A stretch of 64,000 nucleotides of DNA. Source: Octopus sinensis. Its lineage: Eukaryota. The position numbers were made by a program, and so were the translations under genes. The notes beneath the pieces were generated by a model that saw nothing but the letters and a program-made list of their open reading frames with translations, was not told the DNA's origin and searched no databases. The stretch covers positions 146,134,001 through 146,198,000 of the forward strand of contig NC_042998.1 in assembly GCF_006345805.1 (NCBI RefSeq). The letters are read 5' to 3'. Positions 51,610 to 63,559 of this stretch are shown here, piece after piece; position 1 is the first letter of the stretch, and each line of letters begins with the position of its first letter.

Positions 51610-52541
51610 TACTTATACCATATATTGTGACCTATCCCATATTTAATGTGCTAAATTTATTTGGGTGAGTCAATAATGCTACATTTTTATATTCTTTTCC
51701 AGTTTCAGTCATTGGAATGAGGCTATACTGGAGCAAGAGCCCCAAAGGTTATTTATATCACCACCAGTGATTTAGTTAACTTAATTTTGCTAACTACATT
51801 GATCCAGTGTATTACAGGTATTTATCAACCTCAGTAGGGATGAAAGATATTTGAACTCTGAACAATGAGATGTTGAACTGACTACAAACATCAAATATAA
51901 TGCAAATGAAACTGTGCAAAATCCTACTGGATGGCTTGTACCTATGACTGAAAAATACTGTGTTTCACTGATTCTACCTGAGGGTTACATTTAAGGTGTC
52001 ATATGTCTGGAATACAAACAAGTGAATCTTTATCATCAAAACTAACCAAGATCAATTTAACATTTCTGCTACCTCAAGTATCTTCCAGTCTTGAAATCAT
52101 GAAGTAAAAATCACTTTATTCTGTAGCTACTCATTAGAATAATGACAATCAATTGATTTTTCTGTTCCAGTTGATTCTATATTTATTGATGTTAAGAATA
52201 ACAAAACATAGCAATACTAATACTAATAATAATATATTTTGGAAGATACTTTCTACCAGACATTTGGCCAACCTCGACATTTTGAAGCTTAAAGATCAAT
52301 TTAAAGTTGTTTTTTCCTATATATTGATTGCTTTTGTAGAATGATATTTTATTATCTGTCAACTTCCCAAACAGAAAAACAAATTTGTAACTGTGTGACT
52401 GTGTAGTTAAATAGTTGAATAGTTTGCTTCCCAACCACATGGTCTTGAGGTTTCATCCCACTCCATGCTACCTTTGGCAAATGACTTCTGATATAACACC
52501 AGGCCCACCAATGCTCTATCAATGAAACTTTACAAATCCTG

Positions 52542-52574
<33 letters not shown>

Positions 52575-52575
<1 letters not shown>

Positions 52576-53533
52576 TGACCAAGTCAGTAGCGGGGGTGGT
52601 TGTGCTGAAAGTGTAACTGCTACAGTAAGAATAGCTTGGGCAAAGTTCAGAGAGCTCTTACCTCTGCTGGTGACAAAAGGCCTCTCGCTCAGAGTAAAAG
52701 CAGACTGTATGACGCGTGTGTACGAACAGCCATGCTACATAGCAGTGAAACATGGGCCGTGACAGCTGAGGATATGCGTAAGCTCGCAAGAAATGAAGCC
52801 AGTATGCTCCAATGGATGTGTAATGTCAGTGTTCATACTCGACAGAGTGTAAGTACCTTGAGAGAAAAGCTGGACCTAAGAAGCATCAGATGTGGTGTGC
52901 AAGAGAGACGTTTGCACTGGTATGGTCATGTGGCAAGAATGGGTGAAGATAGTTGTGTGAAAAAGCGCCACACCCTAGCGGTTGAGGGAACCTGTGGAAG
53001 AGGCAGACCCAGGAAAATCTGGGACGAGGTGGTGAAGCATGACCTTTGAACTTTAGGTCTCACTGAGGAAATGACTAGAGACCGAGACCTCTGGAAGTAT
53101 GCTGTGCGTGGGAAGACCCAGCAGCACAAGTGAGACCATAACCCGTGGCCTTCTACACGGGATGTAGCCAGTCCACTTATGCATACCTTCCCTTCTTGGG
53201 ACGCAAAACTCTACTTGAGGCAAGTGAGAATCAGAATCAGAAATCAGAATCAAAATCGATCAATGGAAATTGCAGCTGAGATACCAGTGCCGGTGGCACG
53301 TAAGAGAACCATCCGAACGTGGCCGTTGCCAGCACCACCCCGACTGGCCTCGTGCCGGTGGCACATAAAAAGCACCCACTACACTCATGGAGTGGTTGGC
53401 GTTAGGAAGGGCATCCAGCCGTAGAAACATTGCCAGATCAGACTGGGCCTGGTGCAGCCTTCTGGCTTCCCAGACCCCAGTTGAACCATCCAACCCATGC
53501 TAGCATGGAAAGCGGACGCTAAACGATGATGAT
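52575..53533 (+). mobile_element. RTE LINE 3' fragment (same family as 43894-46313)
   Basis: ...SETWAVTAEDMRKL...RRLHWYGHVAR...GRPRKIWDEVV; 3' tail ggacgctaaacgatgatgat; inserted in (TA)n. Confidence 0.92.
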
Positions 53534-54274
53534 ATATATATATCATCATCATCATCATCATTATTATCATCATCATTTAATATCCACTTTCCATGCTGGC
53601 ATGGTTTAGACAGTTTCACTGGAACTGGTAAGCCAGAGGCCTGCACCAGCTTCCAGTTTTGATTTGGCATAGTTTCTACAGCTTGATGCCCTTCCTAATG
53701 CCAACCACTCCAAGAGTATATATATACTACTTTGCCTGGAAACAGATAAAAGTTGGCAACAGGAATTGCACCTGACCTTAGAAAATCTGTCTCAATTAAT
53801 TCCATCTGACTCATATAAGAATGGAAAAATTAACATTAAAACCATGATAATGATTACAAATGGTAATGGGTGTGACTAAACTAGTATCATGCTAAACTAA
53901 GCACCGTGCAATATAAGTTTATGGCTCCAGAGCCTGAATTAAAATTTCATCAGGCTAGGGCTGGATTTTTTTTGTTTTTTTTTTTTGTCGCCACAGTATC
54001 ATAAATAAAATCTGTAACTATAACATGAGTTGTAATTCTGCCCCTCATCCTTATAATAATTGGCATTAGTCTAAGAAATTAATACTAACTAACAATATAT
54101 GAAACAGCTTTGAATGAAATATATGTCTGTGTAATCATATTTGACATTCATTTACACCCAGACATAGGAAGACCTTTCACTATGGAAATAGTCTCAGTAG
54201 AAAATTGTCCTCATAGATACTATATGTGAAAACACACCATTAGGTTATGAATAAGGCCATCATAGCATTCTTAC

Positions 54275-54521
54275 AGGACTGTGAAAGACTGGTTCAGTAT
54301 TTGTAGCTGATGAAGTGTAATGACACAGAAATGCAATTGTTCTATAATCCAATGATGTCATTCCTAGTTGAATGATATTTTCATATACAAAGTCTAAGAA
54401 ATTTTTCCCATGACTATTTCTGCAGTGAAAGGTCTTCATATGTCTGACTGTACACAAACTGGTTAAATATGATTGTACAAGCATATATAGGTACAACACC
54501 AACTTCCTGGGCACTGATGGC
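54275..54521 (-). CDS. Candidate exon (signal-peptide-like segment plus Cys-containing ectodomain)
   Basis: ggttttcag|G CCA TCA GTG...AGT CCT|gtaaga; 82 open codons, PSVPRKLVLYLYMLVQSYLTSLCTVRHMKTFHCRNSHG...FLCHYTSSATNTEPVFHSP. Confidence 0.4.
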
Positions 54522-57049
54522 CTGAAAACCTCTTATAATCCACAATAATTTACATTTATACTAATGTACAGATAAATGTATTTCATTTAATCATTTAAAT
54601 AAATTTAATATTTGTTGAATTTAGTGTTGACCAAAGTGACCAACCTTGGTCAGAAAAATCAGAAATCTTGAAAGGCTTTGAAATCAAAAGTTCTAGAAAA
54701 TCAATCTCATACCTATATTAACTCTTTAGCATATCTGGCCCAAATATTCTGCCTGTTTTATGCTTAAACAGACCAGACTGACATCTCACGCATATCCTAC
54801 AATGTCATTTTAAGATAAGCAATCACATCATCGAAATCTCAAAGCTCTGAGATAATGCATAATTAACTTGAAACAATGCAAATAAATAAAAGTGTTTGAC
54901 AGAGTAATCTGAATGATTAAAAGGTTAATATTATAGGTTTTGAAATAACGGCAAACATATTTTCTCATTGTGCAAGCAATGAAAGAGTGCCAAGCACTCA
55001 TGTTCCTCTTCTGAATCACTCTTCTCTTTATCAATGTGCAGAACTTAAAAGAGAGGAAGAGGGTTCAACTAGTACATCAGATTAGAGTTGAATAACCAAG
55101 GAAGGGCTCATGTATATCTGATAAACCCCTCTCCCCACAAATGTCCCCCCACCAAAAAAATTCACAGCACCCTTGAACATTGAGAGAATTCCATCACTAC
55201 CACAACCACCACCGAAACCAACACCACCACCACAACCATCACCATCATTATCACCACTATCCTCACCACCACACTAAAAAGAACAACTACCATCACCACC
55301 ACTAGATGACTCAAAATAATTTTGTTCTGTTTTGAAAATTTTCTCACAGAGATTCTGTCAGTAAGGATAGATTTTCAGAGAAAGGTGTGCCAACAAAAGT
55401 AAGCAAGTAGAAATATAAGAAACAAATGAGAGACCAGCTCTCACAAGGTGGCTTGTTCTGCAGGAGATAGCATCAAAATCTACTTCAAACCACAGCCTAC
55501 TGTCTTAGAAAAAGGATAAACTGGGAAATGTAGTGTGGAGATATTCTTTCCTTCTTACTTTCTTTTACATTATTCAATCATTGAACTGTGGCCCACTTGG
55601 CACCGTGCATTTGTCACGTCGCAATGGCTGCAATATACAGCCACCTCTGATCGGGAAAGGAGCGGCCCATTTCACCCGTTCCAAGTTTGAATTGTACGGT
55701 TCAACAGGATCTGATGAGCCGGAGGTCTGCATTAAGCTCCAGTGTCTGCTTTGGCATGATTTCTACAGCTGGATGCCCTTCCTAACGCCAACCACTTTAC
55801 AGAATGTATTGGATACTCTTTATATGGCACCAGTACTAGTGAAGTCACCAAGTAATTCATAAGAGAAGCCCCCCACCACCACCAACTAAGTTGGGATATT
55901 ACATTGAAGGTGGTTACTTTATGCCAGGTGATGAGAGGCTAAAGGAGCATAGAGTAACAGAGATAGATGTCTTGTAGTAGAGGAGATACATGACTACCCC
56001 AGCTGGAAAGGGAGAAAGGATGATGGCAATAAGGTATCAAGGTGTGCATTCATGATGCAAGAAAGTGGATAAAGAGAGAATAGGGACAGGTGGATTATAA
56101 AAGAAGATAGGGACAGAGAATCAAGAATCAATGGGTATGTAGGTAGGTGATAGTGTGAAATAAATAACACACTTCACCTTTAGCAATAAGATACAAACTC
56201 CTGCAGTTAAATGTGACTGTTATATATTTAATATTTAACTATAGATGTTTCTTACAGTAGTTGCAGTGACTGTGTGAATAAAATATAGGTTTCCCAACTG
56301 GATGGTCACATCTCATTATTGGCATGGTGTTGTGTCGGGGAAAACATAGACTTGGCAACAAAGTAAATAGAAAAAAAGAAAGAACAACTCCATAATGAAA
56401 TTGCTGACTAAACTGTATATCAATCTGACTGGGTATTGATTTTATTCATGCAAGGTCACAAAGGACTGAATTAGAGTCCAGTACTTGACCGATGCTTAAT
56501 TTATTGAATCTGGGAGTGAAAGACAAAACTGACCCCAACTGACTCTTAATATAATATATACATACATAGACATATACACATATGTGTGTGTGTCTATATA
56601 TATATATATACATATATATGTGTGTGTGTGTATATTTATTTATATATATATATATATGTATGGATGGATGTATTATGTGTATGCATGTGTGTGTGTGCGC
56701 ATGCATGTGTGTCTGTATGTGCACATGTGTGCATGTATGTGAGTGCATGCATATGTGTGTGTGTGTGTGTGTTTGTTTACATATATGTCTCTCCAAAAAT
56801 TGCCAAGCTACAAGTGATGTTTCTCTTGTTATTTCCTTTATCAGCGTCTCATGTTCAAAAACCTGTAGAATAAATGATGCTTTTGATCCCTTACTTGAAA
56901 AACATATAAGGGAAGGGTATTTGGCTGAAAATTAGTGCTTTAATAACATATTCATCGAATCAATGGGTAGCATAAATTCAAACTCAGAACGCAGAGGAAC
57001 AAAACTACTTATTCTGATGTGATTCAATCTGGTGTACTTCTAAACTTAC

Positions 57050-57149
57050 TGTTCCATCACACTTTCAAAAATTTAAAGAATTGATTTCACTTTGGAATCA
57101 GAATTGGTTTACTGATTCAGTTCACCAGAAATTTTACTTTTCCATTGAC
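57050..57149 (-). CDS. Candidate start-codon exon (5' UTR plus ATG GAA CA)
   Basis: Acceptor cagtttccag|, then gtgtgATGGAACA|gtaagt with good Kozak context and a consensus donor. Phase 2 fits the exon at 54521, giving MEQPSVPRK... Confidence 0.4.
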
Positions 57150-58429
57150 CTGGAAACTGAATATTAACAAATGGTTTGATCATTTATTTACAAATGCAGT
57201 GATTGAATGCTGAGATTGTCAAGAAGAGAATCATCCTAAGTATGAATAAATTTGGTATATTGATTGGGAAAATGGTAAAATTTCCCAATATGGTAAAAAA
57301 AGTGTTCATTATCTATTTGCTGCCATTATTTATATTATTGTATAGGCAGTGAGCTGGCAGAATTGTTAGTACACCAGTCAAAATGGTTATTGGAATTTAT
57401 TGTCTGCCTTGACGTTTTGAGTTCAAACTCTGCTTTGGTAGACTTTGCCTTTCATCCTTTATGGGTTGAGGAAATAAGTACCAGTCAAGAAGTGGTGATG
57501 ATGAAATCAACCCCACCAGCACCAAAATTTAAGCCTTGTGCTTACAGCTGGAAAGATTATTTATATTGAGTGTCTTTTAGACATAAGAATATTGAAGTTC
57601 TTAAGCTTTATTTCCTCAACAAGAATTTATATGTAATAATAAATGTGTGTGTGTGTGTGAGATGTTCTTTCATAGCCTTCTGTGAATAACATGTTTGTCA
57701 CGGGGTAATATCACTTGATTTGAAAACAGATGAAGGTTGATGACAGGAAGAGCATTTCTGCCTCAATTTATATATATATATAAATGATATTTCAATAACA
57801 ATAATAATAAGCTAAGTAATGGTTTTTGCTTATAAATATCATTTAGCTTTTGAATTACATTGGGTTTGTTTGTTATTGTTATTATTATTGTTATTATTAT
57901 TGTTGTTGAAATATTATCATTTTTATATATATTGATAGTTATAAGTTATGATAGTTATTAATTATTATATCTATTTATTTAGAATGATTAATTATAATTT
58001 TTTTATAAAGGGATCTAACGTATTACATATAATTTAATTTGAGAATTAATTTTGTTAGACAATACATTATTTAATAATTAGGTGGTATATTTATTAAGTA
58101 GTATTACATTTAAGTAAATTATGTTTTATATTAATTGATATTTTGGTCAACTTTATTATTGAGTGATATATTAAATTTATAGATACTACATATATATTAA
58201 TTATATAGTTAGTTTATTTAATGAGTGTGTCTATATTTCAACCATTTCTTATTTTGATTCCAGTATTTATGGCTTGTAATAGCATTGTGTATATTAATTA
58301 ATTTTAAGGTTTTAGTATTAATTGCTTAATGGGTATTTGGATATTTATTAAATAAATATATTAATCTGAATCAATGTATGTAGTTTAACGTGTTGTATTT
58401 AGTTTTCACTTAATGTATAATTAGTATCT

Positions 58430-58502
<73 letters not shown>

Positions 58503-58588
58503 ATATTTTAAAGAATATATTTATATTTTAAAAGATTATTTACGTATATTTATTAATTAATTATTTTACTATTGTAGTTATTTTTAAC

Positions 58589-58684
58589 CTGATGAGCGGC
58601 TATATTTATATTGAAGTGATTTTACTACTACTACTAATATTTTTACTATAATCATTTCTTAAATATAGCCAGGAAACACGTGTA
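58589..58684 (+). ncRNA. Hammerhead-like motif with long stem II loop in an AT-rich block
   Basis: CTGATGA gc GGCTATATTT...AAATATAGCC ag GAAA CACGTG TA. Stem I and the stem II closing pairs are imperfect. Confidence 0.55.
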
Positions 58685-58837
58685 ATTATTCTACCAAATA
58701 TATACATTTTATTTATTATTTTGCACATTACTTAATCATTGGTATATTATTTTTATCTTATATTTAATATTTCTATTATATGTAATTTTCTAGATTTTGA
58801 ATTGATAAAAGGTGGTTTTTCTAATTTATATATATAT

Positions 58838-58929
<92 letters not shown>

Positions 58930-59368
58930 GCTTTCTCCACCACCACCACCATTACTGCTTGACAATTGATGTTGGTGTATTTACGTTCCATAGCTTAGCA
59001 GTTCAGTAAAAGAGACCAACAGAATAAGTACAAGGCTTAAGAAATAAATTCTAGAGTCAATTTTTTCGACTAAAAAAATCTTGAAAGCAGTGCTCCAGCA
59101 TGACCACAAAGAGGGCGTGACAAAGATAAGGAAATTTCTACAACCGTCAGCTTGTACATGCCAAAGTTCATCTTGCTCAGGGCGCCAGCAACCCTGTATA
59201 TACACACACACGCACACACACACACACACACACACGCACACACACACATACACGCACACACACATGCAATATTTATATAATATGCAAATATATATATATA
59301 AATAAGTAGGGTGACACAGGTAGTATTAATACCAAAAGGTAAAATATTCACCACTTAAAATTGGATGC

Positions 59369-59918
59369 TGTGGTGGAACACACAAATATGGTGATATTTA
59401 CCAAGAGGGAAAACTCTCATATGGTTATTTGGTGTATAAAAGCACATCATAGCTAACACCAGTGGCAGGCAATCACTGATTCTTCTGCTGCCAGAACTAC
59501 CAGATCATGTGACTTTGGCCTAATTTGGCCTTGTCAATGATAGACACCTCCCAGCTGGAAAGAGCCAAGACTTCCGATTAACTTCAACAGCATAAATATT
59601 TTATTTCTGGATTCGCAATATATACATTCTTCTTTCGGGGCGAATCGGCAGCCTAGGAGCTTGTCACAGTAGTCAAGTGGAGTGAGCCAAATCCTGTCTG
59701 TTCAAGCATAGCAGAGAAATGCCACGAGGTCGCAGCTTGAGAGAGCTGCTAAAACACGACTGTCCTGTTCGGCTGCCAGCATTCGAGAGGACGATACGAT
59801 GGAAAATTCGCTGCTGCTAGTTTTCTGCGCATGCACATGAAGGAACTTCCGGCAGGCCTCCCGGAAGAATCCAACTCTGTGCATGCATGTTGGAGATTTC
59901 CAAGATGGTGTCACTATA
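59369..59918 (+). mobile_element. Probable solo LTR, 550 bp
   Basis: Starts TGTGGTG and ends CACTATA (near-inverted termini); 5-bp flanks GATGC / GATGT; TATA-like GTATAAAAG near 59434. Confidence 0.55.
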
Positions 59919-60034
59919 GATGTGTATGTGTGTGTGTGTGTATATATATATATACGTACATATATATATATATATATATATACGCATATATACAAGCACA
60001 TATGGATGTATGTGTGTGTGTATGTATTTATATG

Positions 60035-60066
<32 letters not shown>

Positions 60067-60137
60067 CAAGCACATATAGATGTATGTGTGTGTGTATGTA
60101 TTTATATGTATGTATGTATATGTATATATATATATAT

Positions 60138-61155
60138 TGATATGGAGGTCAGTTCGGAAACAGAGTGCTTTGACCCACTTTTGCTGGTTTGTAGTCTTAA
60201 AGTCTGGGGTATAAAGTTATTGCCTTTTGTTCTGCCATTTTCTGGAGAGATTTATGTTTTGGAAGAGACCTCTGCCCTTGTTCCGGTCAGGGAAAGTTCG
60301 AGAAACCACCCCTTAAAATGCGACGCGCTGGGAGTTTGTCAGTCAGTCGTCAGTCGGGAACAGAGCGAATCAGCAGTTGGCAACGGGGCAGTTTTGGCGA
60401 GAGACAGGAGTGATACGGACGGTCAGCCAAGAAGGTGGCGATGGCGAAGGCAACTACATCGTTGAGAAAGACAGACAGACAGTGAGAGGATGAGAGGTTG
60501 AGAAAGACATACACAGAGGATTGAGAGCGAAAGAGGGATTACGGCGGATAGAAGGCATGGCTATTATAGTAGGAGTTGAAATGGTATGTGTTGTTTATGT
60601 TTTGATGTGAATTGTGTTAAAAAGAGTTGTTAAAGAAAAAAAGAATTGATGTGTTAAAAAAAAGAGAAAGAACTGTGAATTAAGGAAAAGAGGAAGAAAA
60701 GAAATGAGTTGTTGAAAAGAAAAAGAAAGAGAAAGACTTTAATGTGATTTGAACATTGAACTGTATTGTGAAGTGAACTGATTTGTCTCTGAACTGTATC
60801 GTGAACATTATTTGATTTGAACTGTTGTCTCCGGACAGTGTTGTATCTGCATGCTTTGATTTTGTTGTTTTCTTGCATGTATTTTCTTTGATGTATCTGA
60901 TGTTGTAATGATTGTTATAAACTGTTTTTAAATGTAAGCCAATTGCCTTCCGCCGTCTTTCTGTATCTGTTCCTGCTGTTGTTGTTGTTGTTCTCTCCGG
61001 TCGCCGGTTCGAGTTTGCTGCCACCTCCCCCACCGAGTCCTCTCTTTCTGTGTGGCGAATTCTCCGTTCGACTGGGCCGGTGCAATTGTCGTCGTTTGAC
61101 TTGGTAGGGTCTCGGGTTCCGAAGGAGTTTGAGTGACAGCAGGTGGTACGTAACA
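60138..61155. mobile_element. Probable solo LTR, 1018 bp
   Basis: TG...CA termini (TGATA / TAACA); CpG-rich; TATA-like GTATAAAG near 60210; flanks ATAT / ATAC inside a microsatellite. Confidence 0.55.
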
Positions 61156-62089
61156 ATACACACACACACACACACATACACACACAAGGACCTCTTTCAG
61201 TTTCTGTCTATCAAATCCACTTGCAAAGCTTTGATCAGTTATTTTACTAAAGTCTTCATTAATTTCAAAATTAGTTGCAACAAAGACAGTGAATTTCAAC
61301 AGAACTGTTATAAGAAAAGGGTTAAAGTGATCTACATTAACTAAATTAAAACATTCCACCAAAATGCCATGTTAATTTATGCTCGAATGACAATCATTAA
61401 AATGAAAGGGTTATTTTTACTAAGTTCTTCATTTCCAAAATTCATTGAAACAATGGCAATGTATTTTAACAAAAAAATGGTAACCAAAGGGTTACAGTGA
61501 TCTATATTAAAAAAATTATGTGAAGAGTGAAAATTGAGCAATAGAAGAGAAAGATCTGTAAGATATTCTTTCTAATCATAGGAATTAGAGCAGTCAGGTT
61601 CTCATGCAAGTAGAATTCATGCTTCATCGAATACAATTGTTTTTCATGCAGAGTGCATCATATGTTTTTGTTTCGTTTCTTTCTTTTACTTTGTTTGTTA
61701 TTTTTTGTGCTCTTTTTCTCTGTTACTTTCCAATATAGATGGTAGACTTACTTTGTGAGAGCACAAATACACAAATGCATAATGAGAAGCATATAATCAT
61801 TTTAAACCAACTATTCTAGTGAGAGGTGAAGGCATGTAGTCTGTTGGTTAGGGTGATGTTCTCACAATCACAAGATTGTGATTTCAATTCCCGGATCAGG
61901 CAGTCTGTTATGTTCTTAAGCAAAACACTTCATTTCACATTGCTCCAGTTCATGCAGCTATATATAAGTAAACCCTAAAATAAATTAGCATCCTATTCAA
62001 GAGGGAATACTGTAATCTTAGTCATTTACTCATCACGGAAACTGAGTGACTGGCCCTATGAGTCCTAGGACTTGAGACAGCAATATTCA

Positions 62090-62129
62090 GGGGTTGGTGG
62101 GGGGTGAGGGGGTGGGGTGGGGGTGGGGG
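62090..62129 (+). other. G-quadruplex-capable G-tract cluster
   Basis: At least six runs of 4 or more G separated by short loops. Confidence 0.7.
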
Positions 62130-62334
62130 ATGACTTCAGTGAGGTTCTACCAAGATAAGGTAGTTGCTAAGTGTAGACTATTGTGATTTCAAAGATTATA
62201 CTGGTCAACAAAATTAAATATATTACACTCATTATGAATGCAAACCAACTTTATAGACTAATTTTTCATGCTGATTTCAAAATTTCATTCCATTTGTATG
62301 CAGCACGTATCAGTTTTTCAGTAGATACATAGAG

Positions 62335-63406
62335 AATACCAAATGAGTTCCCTATGGATACTGTATTTATTACGAGTGGCTTGTAAACGTATCTAACGAG
62401 CGAAAGCGAGTTAGATACGTTTACAAGCCACGAGTTGTAATAAATACGGTATCCACAGGGAATGAGTTTGGTATTTTATTTATTACACACAAATAAACGA
62501 CCATATTTTATTAACCCAATAACTAAATTCTTCACATCGTGTTGAAGCGCGCATGAATACAGTTTGATTTCACGTCAGTGACGTCACAATGTGTACCTGT
62601 AAAAGATGTCATGCCGCAGGAAGATAGTCCGACTTTATAGCGCTAAGTTTTCAGGTGAAATGACTGATAACTGATGACTGTTTAACATTTTGTTAACATT
62701 CAAGTTCACGTTCAAGAAATACATAACACAGATTGAATCTTCAATAACTTTAATAATATTCAAACCTGTTTTTGAGTAGCAAATCGTCACGTAGAAGTTC
62801 ATTGTACACCTCATCAGGGATGTTAGATCTAGGGTTCGATGACAATCCACTCATCGATGACACTGTTTCAGGTACCTTTGTTAACCTGTATCCAGCAATA
62901 TGTCGAACTTGGCCAGTATTGATCTTCACTTTGAACATTCTGTATGTTCCAAGAGGTTGAACAACAGATAACACTCTTCCCCCATCTTTACCATCAATCT
63001 TAACAAAATCATTCACCTTGATATCGACAACAGTAGCCATCTTGTTGATAGATCTACCTGCACTGCAAGAGTATCGACAAGCAGATGAAATATGTTGTGA
63101 TTTTTTGGGCAACAAAAAATTGAATTACCACCAGAAATATTTATATTTTATGTGTATATGACTTTAAGTGATATCTGGTATAAAAAAGATAGTATGTTTG
63201 TTTAATTACATGGCTACATTCTACCTGCTCATGAAAGTAATGAATGAAGTTTAGTTGTAACTTATGAATGACAAAAGTAGTGCCGTCACCGTGACTTTGG
63301 GTCATCACCATGGATTGACCAATCAGAAGCAGCACTCGCAGTATCTGACATATGTTAGATACCAAAAATATCTCAAAGTGTTCTCATTCACATGTGTGTA
63401 ATAAAT
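62335..63406 (-). mobile_element. Unclassified hairpin-ended element (Crypton-like?) with a short ORF
   Basis: 141-nt hairpin at 62335-62475; inverted 14-mers at 62478-62491 and 63393-63406; mini-palindrome at 63341-63362; CCAAT box; ORF 63040-62750 starting aagATGGC (MATVVDIKVNDFVKIDGKDGGRVLSV...). Confidence 0.5.
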
Positions 63407-63559
63407 GCAAATATTTACATATTTGTATATATGAAGTCATCAACATAATAAATAAGGATGTATTATTTTTAGAAAGTAAATGAGTTTATTGAGTTAAAAA
63501 TCATCAGTATCATTCTACAAAGAGTGAATACATAAAAAATGAGTCACACAAAACAAACA

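Noticed and set aside
56781-56862. - strand exon VFEHETLIKEITRETSLVAWQFLERH
   Set aside because: The acceptor is good, but its phases (0 in, 1 out) fit neither neighbouring candidate exon and it runs into a microsatellite.
60680-61362. ORFs of 90-167 aa as host genes
   Set aside because: They lie within the LTR-like element and adjacent SINE/microsatellite, are low complexity, and show no splice or domain support.
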